From contig JAZDPX010000017.1 in NCBI GenBank assembly GCA_043797125.1, positions 23,340 through 87,339 of the forward strand: a stretch of 64,000 nt of DNA, in the 5' to 3' direction. This stretch comes from Candidatus Omnitrophota bacterium. GTDB lineage: Bacteria > Omnitrophota > Gorgyraeia > JABMRG01 > JAFGKX01. Under the pieces are notes generated by a model. The model was not told the DNA's origin. It searched no databases and saw only the letters and a program-made list of their open reading frames with translations. Below are positions 1-8,430 of the stretch, in pieces (position 1 is the first letter of the stretch; each line of letters starts with the position of its first letter). The position numbers and the translations under genes are program-made.

Positions 1-25
1 ATTAGAAAAATCGAAAGAAAAACAG

Positions 26-3000
26 TTGCCTGATAAAAAAATTGAAGACATGCCAAAAGAAGATAATATTTTTAGTGTTGATCTTTTAGAATCTTCCCAA
101 GATTTTTCATTCAATACCGTAAAGGACGAGGAAGGCAAAATAATTGAGCTTTTTTACAATTTCTCCTACGAAGACCAGAAACTACAATTAGTATTAAGGG
201 AGCAAAAATATGCCAGATATAATGTTTTACCGGGCATGGACGCGCGCTTTCTTCTTGATGGAAAAGAAGAATACCTTAAGATTACAGAATTAAATACCTG
301 TCAAACTAAAATTGAAATAAAAGGTAAGAATATCGGCCAGATGCTTTTAACGCTTGTGGAGCCTTCGTATTCGATAGACGTGGGCGGCTGGTGGCAATTT
401 TGCAATAAATTTCTCATTAAGGCAGCAGAAATTTATGCTGAGAAAATTGTTAAGATTTTGAAAAATAGAGGAATTGGGCCTGAAGATTTTAATTTTAGCA
501 GCATACATAGGCTCTTTTCTGAAAGATCCCGTCTTTACGAAGATATAGGGATACGGTATAAATTTAAATCAGGAAAAGAAAAACGTTTAGAGCCGACAAT
601 AGATATTAATTGCTTTAGCGCTACAAGTTATTTCGGTGACGATTATGACGCAAGATGGGAAAGCGAAGAAACGCCGACACTATATAAATCAGGCAAGGCA
701 GAAACCATAAGAAACCCACATGTTCAACTTCCGCAGTATCCTCTAGAAAAAATAAAACAACTCATCCCTGCTATGAAAGTTAGAATTTGCACCGTAGAAG
801 GACTTAATTTCCCGCTCTCTAGTCGCGGACCTCGAACCATTTCTGATGCAATAGATAGAAGCGATAAAATAAGACGTGACATTGATGACGTAGCTTTTGT
901 AGAGACCGGGGAGCTATTAGATATTGAAAATTGGGATAAAAAGGAGTTGCCGGACCTTTTAGTAATAGGGGTGAATGATGAGTATCGTACAGAAGCCGGC
1001 ATCAACAATAATCAGTTAATAGAAATACGCAAAAAAATACCTGAATCATGCGATATATGGATTTACGACTTTAGAAGAAAATCGCTTCTTTCTTATAACG
1101 AATACGTTAAGCAGTATAATATAGCCGAGGGTTTATTGTCACCAAGGCAGGTTGCCGGGAAAATGTGCGATATTATAGAAAGGGACAAGAAAAAATTATT
1201 GCCTTTCTTTTTTATCCCTTCCTCATATGATGCTGATTTTAAAAATCATATTTTAAATATTTGGAAAGAGAAATGTCCGCAGGATGCTGACAAAATAAAG
1301 ATGATGCAAGAAGGCCAAGATATAACGCGTTTCTTTGATTACGACCCTGACCATGATTACGCCTATAATGAACTTACCGGGTGCGGCAAAATACATCTGC
1401 CAAAAGGCTACCAGGCAATTTTTATATTAGATAGTTTTGGAAAGATTCCTTCAGTTTTTAAACACTTTCCTGTCTCTAAGGTATTTGCTTACTTTAAGCA
1501 AGATAGCATGTTTGCTGAAGTAACAGATGAGATAAAGCAAGATGTCGAATATGCACTAGAGAATGTATCTATGTGGGACACCGGAGAACATTTTGCAGCA
1601 ATGCTTCCGGCTTGCATCGAAAAAGCGAGAATTGAGAGAAAACTGCCGGAAGTTATGAAATGGCGTAACTTTATTAAAGGTTTCCTCGCTGCGGCAGAGA
1701 CTCAGGTAACGATTGAAGCGGAGATAGAAGCAGCGACAGCCAGAGATACGGCTGTTACATTTAATAATAAACCTTTCTATTATTTTAAATCTGAAGCAGG
1801 TGAGCACAAATCCCTGCGCCTGGTTTTTGAAAACCCTGAATTTCAGCGAGACACAAGCGGAAATATTCTACGCGCAAGAGAAGGGGACGAGGTAATTGTT
1901 ATGTGGGCCTCAAAGGATGACAATCGCAGGAAAGCAGGCATACAAGACTCATTTAAGGCAACCGTAATAAGCCTTGATGAGGATAAAGTTGAGCTGCAGC
2001 CTGAAAGGCATGTTGATTTAAAAAACTTGCCTCAAATTGGCCAGATAAAAAAAGAGTTTAACGGAGCTATCTATGCTACGCAGATTGAATTTTTACGCGA
2101 CCTTATGCGCTATATGAATAAAAACGAAGAAGGCAGGCTGTCTATGGGTAGGCGAGCTGAAACTATTGATGTAGTAATGGGGCTTAGGCTTCCTGCCTTT
2201 ACGCATAAGGAAGCGGAGAGAATTAAGTTAAAAAATATAGACATTGCTGATAATGAACAGCAACTCAAAGTCTTGTCGGCAGTATCATATGGCGGAACAG
2301 CTGAACTATGTCAAGGCCCGCCAGGCACAGGGAAAACAACACTTTCCTGCGAAGCGGATTATCAGCTGATATGTCCTTACTACGGGAGTCTTCTAGTAGC
2401 ATCGCAGACAAACAGAGGCGTTGATAATTTATTACTTAAGATTAAAGATAGCGGAATAAAAGTTTATAGGGTTGGCAATAACCCCTATATTATCGACAGC
2501 CGCCTTAGAAAAAACTGGCTGTTTGCGGGAAAACCTATAAAACCAAAAGAACCACGCAGAGGGACGAAAATGACTGACGATGAATGGAATAAAATTAGCG
2601 GGGATTACGGAGAAAAATGTGATAAATATAGAAAAGATCTCAAAGAGTGGAAGCAGGAATTTAATGAAAGGCTGGAGCAGATTCGAGACGGAAGAGCGGT
2701 GGTGGGCGGCACCTGCATGGGCATAGCGCATGAATTTGCGCTACGAGACATCCATTACAAACATATTATAATAGAAGAGGCAAGTGTTGCTTCTTTTGTT
2801 GAAGCAATGCTTGTTGTATCAAAATTAACAAAAGACGGTAAGCTGCTGTTCATAGGAGACCAAAAACAGCTTGGCCTTCCTCCCATGCCAGAGTATTTAA
2901 AAGATAAATTAAGTGAAGTAAGCTATGCGCAAGACTATATAGAACCGCTGAATAAAAGCCTGTTCGAACTTCTAATCGATGAGGGTGTGATTAATATAAC

Positions 3001-4474
3001 CATGCTCAAGGACTGCTATAGAATGCTGCCTAATCTCGTAGGATTTACGAATATCTTTTATGACGGAGAATTAAAAGCGCAGAGGGTGCCGCGGCATGAA
3101 TTAGAGGATAAGACAGCTGTCATTTTCATAGATACTAAAAACATGGCAAAAAATGCTGAAATGCCTTGTGGGTTTTCCTGGCAGAACCAGCTTGAAGCAG
3201 AATTAATCTTGTCGTGTATTGATAAAATCAAATCATGCGGAATTAAGTTAGAACCCGAAGATTTAGGCATTATAACACCCTACGCAAGGCAGGCAGGCCT
3301 TATAAGGCAGCTTTTGGCAAAAAAAATAAACGATAAGAACGAGTTAATCCGATACCTGGCGAATGTTGGCACAGCATGGCCGTTTCAAGGGCAGGAGAGA
3401 GATACGACCTTTGTTTCACTGGTAAGGTCCGGGGGCAGTAAAACAGGTTTTATAAACGAGAATATGTATAATGTAATTACATCGCGCGCAAGAAACCGCA
3501 TGATAATTATTGGAAATTCCGACACGTTTTTACGCAGCCCAAACAGGGGCCTGCGCGATAAGTTTTCCGAGACATTGGAATATGTTAAGAAAAATGCCGT
3601 ATATTTAGCCCCCACCTCAAAAGATGAATTGGACCTGTCATTCTTAATTGAAGCAGAAAAGGGGATACAAAAAGCCAGTATGTCTGACATGGAGCGGCTG
3701 GCTGAAATATCAAGAAAAGACAATAACATGCTCCAGGAAGCTGGATTTAGAGCGCCGGAGAAAGGGAGGCTATATAAAGAGGAGAAAGAACACTTTATGG
3801 AGAATATATATCAATGGTCTGAAGACGCGCATCCTACCATACTGATTTCTTCGGACTTGTTTTTGCAAAAAAAGATACCATACGAATTCTTAGATTTTTT
3901 AGCGCGCAAAAGGCTTATCTCTTGCGTTAAGATATTAGCTCGAAACCAGCGCGAAAAGAAGAAAATAAACGATATGGGCCTGGTTATCACCATAAGGGGC
4001 GATGAACTTTTTAATGTCATAACAACCCCGCTATATGACGAGATTATTGTTGTTGAAGATGAGGATATAAAACAGGAAAACTGGAATATGATGCCTCAAA
4101 CCCAGGAAGAAATAGAAATCTTAAGAACAAAGCTCGCCATAAAACTTGTAAAAAATAAGGCATATTTAGATGATATAGACATGGGGATTGTTGTGGTTTC
4201 AGGGCCCTTCAAAGCCAAAGAAGGGTGGAATCTTGAAGTTTTTAAAAATAATATAAAAATTCCTGGGGTTATTATGACAGTTTTGACATACAAAGACAAC
4301 GCTGCCATAATACCATCGGACTATAGTCTTTTTTATACCTGCAATAGATCGTTCGGAGGACTAAGGCACGAAGATACTTTAATAATCCAAATTCCGGCAT
4401 ATGGTTTCACCATACCCAATGTACAAAAAATTGAAGTAATGGAAGCGATATCTGCAATTACGGAATGCGCATAA
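26..4474 (+). CDS. Giant (1482 aa) Upf1-like SF1 helicase. Only the central helicase core is recognisable; the ~750-aa N-terminal and ~360-aa C-terminal extensions are uncharacterised. Possibly 5'-partial: the reading frame stays open back to the window edge.
   Basis: Walker A 'GPPGTGKTT', motif II 'IIIEEASVAS', motif V/VI 'FQGQERDTTFVSLVRSG' and 'NVITSRARNRMIIIGN' all match the AAA_11/AAA_12 Upf1/DNA2-like pattern. There is no stop codon between position 2 and the TTG at 26. Confidence 0.6.
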   Translation: MPDKKIEDMPKEDNIFSVDLLESSQDFSFNTVKDEEGKIIELFYNFSYEDQKLQLVLREQKYARYNVLPGMDARFLLDGKEEYLKITELNTCQTKIEIKGKNIGQMLLTLVEPSYSIDVGGWWQFCNKFLIKAAEIYAEKIVKILKNRGIGPEDFNFSSIHRLFSERSRLYEDIGIRYKFKSGKEKRLEPTIDINCFSATSYFGDDYDARWESEETPTLYKSGKAETIRNPHVQLPQYPLEKIKQLIPAMKVRICTVEGLNFPLSSRGPRTISDAIDRSDKIRRDIDDVAFVETGELLDIENWDKKELPDLLVIGVNDEYRTEAGINNNQLIEIRKKIPESCDIWIYDFRRKSLLSYNEYVKQYNIAEGLLSPRQVAGKMCDIIERDKKKLLPFFFIPSSYDADFKNHILNIWKEKCPQDADKIKMMQEGQDITRFFDYDPDHDYAYNELTGCGKIHLPKGYQAIFILDSFGKIPSVFKHFPVSKVFAYFKQDSMFAEVTDEIKQDVEYALENVSMWDTGEHFAAMLPACIEKARIERKLPEVMKWRNFIKGFLAAAETQVTIEAEIEAATARDTAVTFNNKPFYYFKSEAGEHKSLRLVFENPEFQRDTSGNILRAREGDEVIVMWASKDDNRRKAGIQDSFKATVISLDEDKVELQPERHVDLKNLPQIGQIKKEFNGAIYATQIEFLRDLMRYMNKNEEGRLSMGRRAETIDVVMGLRLPAFTHKEAERIKLKNIDIADNEQQLKVLSAVSYGGTAELCQGPPGTGKTTLSCEADYQLICPYYGSLLVASQTNRGVDNLLLKIKDSGIKVYRVGNNPYIIDSRLRKNWLFAGKPIKPKEPRRGTKMTDDEWNKISGDYGEKCDKYRKDLKEWKQEFNERLEQIRDGRAVVGGTCMGIAHEFALRDIHYKHIIIEEASVASFVEAMLVVSKLTKDGKLLFIGDQKQLGLPPMPEYLKDKLSEVSYAQDYIEPLNKSLFELLIDEGVINITMLKDCYRMLPNLVGFTNIFYDGELKAQRVPRHELEDKTAVIFIDTKNMAKNAEMPCGFSWQNQLEAELILSCIDKIKSCGIKLEPEDLGIITPYARQAGLIRQLLAKKINDKNELIRYLANVGTAWPFQGQERDTTFVSLVRSGGSKTGFINENMYNVITSRARNRMIIIGNSDTFLRSPNRGLRDKFSETLEYVKKNAVYLAPTSKDELDLSFLIEAEKGIQKASMSDMERLAEISRKDNNMLQEAGFRAPEKGRLYKEEKEHFMENIYQWSEDAHPTILISSDLFLQKKIPYEFLDFLARKRLISCVKILARNQREKKKINDMGLVITIRGDELFNVITTPLYDEIIVVEDEDIKQENWNMMPQTQEEIEILRTKLAIKLVKNKAYLDDIDMGIVVVSGPFKAKEGWNLEVFKNNIKIPGVIMTVLTYKDNAAIIPSDYSLFYTCNRSFGGLRHEDTLIIQIPAYGFTIPNVQKIEVMEAISAITECA

Positions 4475-4487
4475 CTATCCTATTGTA

Positions 4488-4515
4488 TTGACAAAAGAAT
4501 ATTCGCTGATATAAT
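4488..4515 (+). promoter_or_regulatory. Sigma70-like promoter: TTGACA, 16-nt spacer, TATAAT.
   Basis: TTGACA at 4488-4493 and TATAAT at 4510-4515, read directly from the sequence. Confidence 0.45.
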
Positions 4516-4538
4516 TAATGATATAACAAATTTCTTAT

Positions 4539-4704
4539 ACAGGCGGCACACGTTGCCATAATAGGGAAGCCCGTTAAAATCGGACACGGTCCCGCCGCTG
4601 TAAGTGCATACGAAAGTCCAAAAAAGCCACTGTGCTGAAAACTCACGGCATGGGAAGGCATAAGACGAGTAGGTTTTAAAGCACAAGTCAGAAGACCTGC
4701 CTGT
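4539..4704 (+). ncRNA. Cobalamin (B12) riboswitch.
   Basis: B12-box 'AAGTCAGAAGACCTGCC' at 4685-4701. Core 'GGGAAGCCCGTTAAAATCGGACACGGTCCCGCCGCTGT' matches the consensus. P1 is 'ACAGGC' paired with 'GCCTGT'. Sits upstream of a TonB-dependent receptor. Confidence 0.7.
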
Positions 4705-4763
4705 ATATTAAGTCAAGAGGCTTCGAGAGAAAGCCAAAAGACGCATATAGTCGGGAGAAAACG

Positions 4764-4810
4764 GCCCCGAATGTAGAACTTCTAAAGAAGCCTACCTTCG
4801 GGGTTTTTTA
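4764..4810 (+). terminator. Putative riboswitch-controlled intrinsic terminator (attenuator).
   Basis: Stem CCCCGAA paired with TTCGGGG, followed by TTTTTT. Confidence 0.45.
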
Positions 4811-4811
4811 T

Positions 4812-4872
4812 TTATCCCGACGATGCTCCCAAAGGTCGCATTGTCGGGACAAAATTTGTTTCACAAATTTTG
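4812..4872 (+). repeat. Conserved ~60-nt element, copy A. A hairpin plus a 9-5-9 inverted repeat CAAAATTTG-N5-CAAATTTTG. Shared with 26650-26708.
   Basis: About 52 of 60 nt are identical to the copy at 26650-26708. Internal stem TCCCGACGATGC pairs with GCATTGTCGGGA. Confidence 0.6.
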
Positions 4873-4884
4873 GGAGGCAGCTTA

Positions 4885-6954
4885 ATGAAGAAATATATAT
4901 TTTTAAGTATAACAATATTTTTTTTATTTATTAATTTAGTGCTAGCGGAAGAAAAAAATGTCACTGAATTAGAGCCTATTGTTATCACGCCGTGGCGTGT
5001 CGAAGAGCTTGCAGCGAATGTAAGCAAAAATACAAGTGTCACAACCGAAGATGATATTAACAGGACATCCGCAAAATATCTTTACGAGGCTGTAAAAGAT
5101 AAGGCAGGTGTAACAATATCGGAGCAACTCGGCAACCCAAAAGGAACTGTAATGGATATCAGGGGTTTTGGCGAGGCAAGCACATCTAATGTGCTCGTGC
5201 TTTTAGACGGAAGACGCACCAATCAAATTGACCTTTCAGGCGTTGATTGGGGCCAGATTGATTTGCATTCAGTTGAACAAGTGGAAATTATTAAGGGCCC
5301 GTCGACAGTGCTATACGGCGATAACGCGACCGGAGGATTAATTAATGTCATTACAAAAAAGAAGGGCTCAAAGAAGTTGAACCTTGATATCGGCAGCGAG
5401 TTAGGCAGCCATAAATATCACAAGGAATACGGCAACCTTTCTGGTTCAATAGAGAGAGCCAATTATTTCTTTAACTATTCCCATACCCAGACCAACGGAT
5501 ACAGGGCTAATAACGCATATTGGGCTAACGATTATTTTTGCCGCACCAATGTAAATCCATTGGATGATTTTAATCTCGGGCTTTCGCTCGGTTATCACAG
5601 GGACCGTTACGGAATGCCCGGCGCTCTTTATTTGGCAGGCAATCCCTTCGCAACAATGCCAAAAGGCTTAGAGCAGGTAGGAAGAAGAGGCACAGCCTTT
5701 CCTGATGACAGAGGGTACACGCAAGACATCTTTGCAACGGTTGAGCCTGAATTTTCTTTCACATTAGGCGATCACGATATAATAGCCAGCATGTTCGGTT
5801 CTTTCAGGCAAAGAAGAAACAAGAGCCTGAATATACCTGAAGAAAATATCTGGATGCCGCACAGCGAATATGAGACAATACATCATATAAAGACTTTTGA
5901 CTTGAGGCCTAAAACAGAGTTTGATTTAAGTTTTTTTGATTCAAAACTTATTAATAAACTTACGCTTGGTTCTGATCTTCTTTTCGCGACAGATCAGATA
6001 TTAAGCGGTAACAGATTGACCGGCCAGGACCAGACTACGATACAAAAGGACGCAGTCGGCTTGTATCTGCATGACAGCGTCAGGGTTTCAGACAGGCTGC
6101 TTTTTAATGCCGGCGGCCGCGGCGAATGGGCGGATTATACCTTTGACCAGGAAAAAATAGTGACCGGATACAGTACAGCGTCACTGAAAAACGCAGCTTA
6201 TGAATTTGGCAGCGGGTACAAATATAGCGATTTCTCGCAGGTGTATATAAATTATAGCAGATCATACCGCAACCCCAACACAGAGGAATTTTATCAGAAT
6301 AGATATTTAAATACATGGACAGGCAATGTTGAAGGCGGGCTTAACGCAGCTCTTAAGGCTCAAAAAGGCGATAATATAGAAATAGGCGTAAAAGACGCTA
6401 CTTTTAAACCGTTTAGAATAAACGCTGATTATTTCTGGATGAAAATAAAAGACGAAATATACTATGATCCCGCGACATTTACCAACTCAAATTATACGCC
6501 TGAAACAATACACCGTGGCTTTGAGGTTGAATCCGCTTTAAACCTTTTTAACGATATTTTGAACCCATATGTTAACTTAACGCTGCAGGAGGCATATTTT
6601 AAGGGAGGCCAGTATGCCGATAATTTAATTCCGCTTGTACCTAAGGTAAAGGTTGGAGCCGGCATATTGTTCATCCCATATAAAGGGCTTGAATGGTCTT
6701 TTTCAGGCAGTTATGTCGGCTCGCGTTTTAAGGTCAGCGACCAGAATAATATTGCCCCCAAGCTTAAACCATATGCAACCTTTGATACAAAACTGTCATA
6801 TACATGGTGTGATTTTACGATTTACAGCTCTATCAGCAATTTGTTTAATGAAAAATATTACGGCTACGCGGTAACCAACAGCACGGGTACGGCAGAGACA
6901 TTTTACCCTGCTCAAGAACGCTCTTTTGAAGCCGGAGCAGCTTTTAAATTTTGA
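4885..6954 (+). CDS. btuB: TonB-dependent outer-membrane receptor, BtuB-like cobalamin transporter.
   Basis: Signal peptide, TonB box 'EPIVITP', plug plus barrel, C-terminal aromatic residue 'FKF'. RBS GGGAGG lies upstream of the ATG at 4885. The B12 riboswitch upstream supports the call. The track's TTG at 4870 is probably an over-extension. Confidence 0.75.
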   Translation: MKKYIFLSITIFFLFINLVLAEEKNVTELEPIVITPWRVEELAANVSKNTSVTTEDDINRTSAKYLYEAVKDKAGVTISEQLGNPKGTVMDIRGFGEASTSNVLVLLDGRRTNQIDLSGVDWGQIDLHSVEQVEIIKGPSTVLYGDNATGGLINVITKKKGSKKLNLDIGSELGSHKYHKEYGNLSGSIERANYFFNYSHTQTNGYRANNAYWANDYFCRTNVNPLDDFNLGLSLGYHRDRYGMPGALYLAGNPFATMPKGLEQVGRRGTAFPDDRGYTQDIFATVEPEFSFTLGDHDIIASMFGSFRQRRNKSLNIPEENIWMPHSEYETIHHIKTFDLRPKTEFDLSFFDSKLINKLTLGSDLLFATDQILSGNRLTGQDQTTIQKDAVGLYLHDSVRVSDRLLFNAGGRGEWADYTFDQEKIVTGYSTASLKNAAYEFGSGYKYSDFSQVYINYSRSYRNPNTEEFYQNRYLNTWTGNVEGGLNAALKAQKGDNIEIGVKDATFKPFRINADYFWMKIKDEIYYDPATFTNSNYTPETIHRGFEVESALNLFNDILNPYVNLTLQEAYFKGGQYADNLIPLVPKVKVGAGILFIPYKGLEWSFSGSYVGSRFKVSDQNNIAPKLKPYATFDTKLSYTWCDFTIYSSISNLFNEKYYGYAVTNSTGTAETFYPAQERSFEAGAAFKF

Positions 6955-6994
6955 CATCATTGACAATAAAAACCAAAAAGACTATAATAAAATT

Positions 6995-7696
6995 ATGTTA
7001 ACAGACAGGATATTCAGATACTGTATTCTGTTTTCACTTTTAGCGCATGCGATTCTTTTTTTGAATATTAAACCCTTTGGCATCTTCAATAATACGCAGT
7101 CGCTTGAGAACATAGAAGTTACTTATATGGAAAAAGCGCTTAAAGTAAACGGCGTTTTGCCTGAGGCTATTGTAAGTAAGCATGAGAAAATAGCAGGCAA
7201 TGTGCCAATTAAAGGCGAGGCAAAGGCCCTTAACGCTGAAAAGGTTAATATAGCAGATAGACAGATAGTTAGTCAAACTCCCAAGCCGCAGGCGGCGCCG
7301 GCTGCAGAAAAGATACAGCCGGTCAAACAGCTGATACCATTGCCTGAAATTGAGCTGACGCAAAACCAGATGTTAATCTACAACGCAAACAAGGATTTTT
7401 CAAGCGACCCGTCTTATCTAAATTACCACACAATTGTAAGGAATAAGATTAAGAAAATGGCCAATGCAAGCAAGCCCTACATATTTAAAGTTGGCGAGGT
7501 CACATTGCTCTTCACTATCCTTAGCAGCGGCGATTTGGAAGACGCGTCCATAATAGAAGAGGCCTCTGCCTCTGACCTAAAATTGCGGCAGTGCGCATTA
7601 GATAGCGTGTATGCCGCTTCGCCGTTCCCGCTCTTCACCAGCGACATGAAAGAATCCCGCCTTAATCTCCAAGTCACGATTTCGTTTGAGAAATAA
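6995..7696 (+). CDS. TonB-like energy-transducer protein (N-terminal transmembrane segment, Pro-rich spacer, C-terminal domain).
   Basis: Single N-terminal TM 'ILFSLLAHAILFL', Pro/Ala-rich linker 'PKPQAAPAAEKIQP', C-terminal beta-rich domain. The track start at 6926 overlaps the btuB end, so I chose the ATG at 6995. Confidence 0.5.
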   Translation: MLTDRIFRYCILFSLLAHAILFLNIKPFGIFNNTQSLENIEVTYMEKALKVNGVLPEAIVSKHEKIAGNVPIKGEAKALNAEKVNIADRQIVSQTPKPQAAPAAEKIQPVKQLIPLPEIELTQNQMLIYNANKDFSSDPSYLNYHTIVRNKIKKMANASKPYIFKVGEVTLLFTILSSGDLEDASIIEEASASDLKLRQCALDSVYAASPFPLFTSDMKESRLNLQVTISFEK

Positions 7697-7698
7697 CT

Positions 7699-8155
7699 GA
7701 AGCGAGGCTTTTGCATGTTCGGCACTGAAATTTTTTGCCGTCTTTTTGGACTTACGGCTCGCTCGCTTTCCCAAACATCTAAACTTAGCCGCTCCTCGCC
7801 GTAAGTCCGAAAAAGACCTATTGGCTTCTTCGGTGGCAAAAAATTTCTGATGTGCCTCGCATTGCAAAAGCCTCGCTTATTTAAGATAGTGTAAGCCTTT
7901 AGGCATAGCCGAAAAAACAATAGCGGAAGATTTGGTTCACTTGTTTTGGGGGTTGGCAAAACTACAGGAGTGCCTGCCTACCGTCAGGCAGGCAGGCTGG
8001 GGACACCGAAACTGAACCCTTGGATGGTAGGGCAGGCTTAAGCCTGCCCTACCATCTGTAGGTGAATTTCGGTGGGGCCCCAGCCGAACGACTTTAGTTT
8101 TGCCCAAATCTGGAGCGTGTTTTTGAGGCAATGCCTAAAGGCTTAAATAACGGTG
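7699..8155. repeat. GC-rich compound nested-palindrome region (BIME- or MITE-like, or a structured RNA).
   Basis: Inverted repeats at 7699-7717 and 7860-7879, at 7721-7739 and 7843-7864, at 7749-7759 and 7797-7808, at 7876-7910 and 8128-8155, and at 7955-7963 and 8097-8105. A perfect 34-nt palindrome sits at 8013-8046. Confidence 0.5.
8013..8046. repeat. REP-like perfect palindrome GATGGTAGGGCAGGCTTAAGCCTGCCCTACCATC, with a GTAG...CTAC core.
   Basis: The sequence is self-complementary. It belongs to the same family as 49851-49876, 58180-58205 and 60498-60529. Confidence 0.6.
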
Positions 8156-8165
8156 CAGAATAAAT

Positions 8166-8193
8166 TTGACAATAATAGTGTATGTGTTATAAT
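8166..8193 (+). promoter_or_regulatory. Sigma70 promoter with an extended -10: TTGACA, 16-nt spacer, TGtTATAAT. Drives rpsU.
   Basis: TTGACA at 8166-8171 and TATAAT at 8188-8193, preceded by TG. Confidence 0.55.
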
Positions 8194-8230
8194 ATGCGGA
8201 CTAAACGAAATTAAAATTTGAAAGGGGGAG

Positions 8231-8413
8231 ATGGTCTTGCCGAGAGTAGAACTAAGAGAAAATGAACCTGTTGACCGGGCATTACGCAGGTTAAAGAAGA
8301 AGATAGAGCGCGAAGGCATCCTCAGAGAGCTTAAAGCCCGTAAGCATTATGAAAAGCCAAGCGTAAAGAAACGTAGAAAACAAAAAGAAGCCAGAAGCCG
8401 CAAAAAGAGATAA
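8231..8413 (+). CDS. rpsU: 30S ribosomal protein S21.
   Basis: '[26 protein letters not shown]...HYEKPS' is the S21 signature; the C-terminal tail is basic. Confidence 0.85.
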   Translation: MVLPRVELRENEPVDRALRRLKKKIEREGILRELKARKHYEKPSVKKRRKQKEARSRKKR

Positions 8414-8430
8414 TTTCCATACCAAAAAAG

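Noticed and set aside
724-4308. Minus-strand ORFs of 60-115 aa (724-1008, 1556-1807, 2432-2731, 3058-3270, 3385-3729, 3811-4020, 4096-4308) and the +strand 3648-3845 ORF inside the giant helicase gene.
   Set aside because: They are fully embedded in or antisense to a long, motif-bearing ORF. They have no RBS or independent signals and are typical antisense shadow ORFs.
7477-8131. ORFs 7477-7959(-), 7598-7867(-) and 7937-8131(-) in the tonB-rpsU spacer.
   Set aside because: They lie entirely within the nested-palindrome structured region, and palindromes create spurious open frames on both strands. They have no start-codon context.
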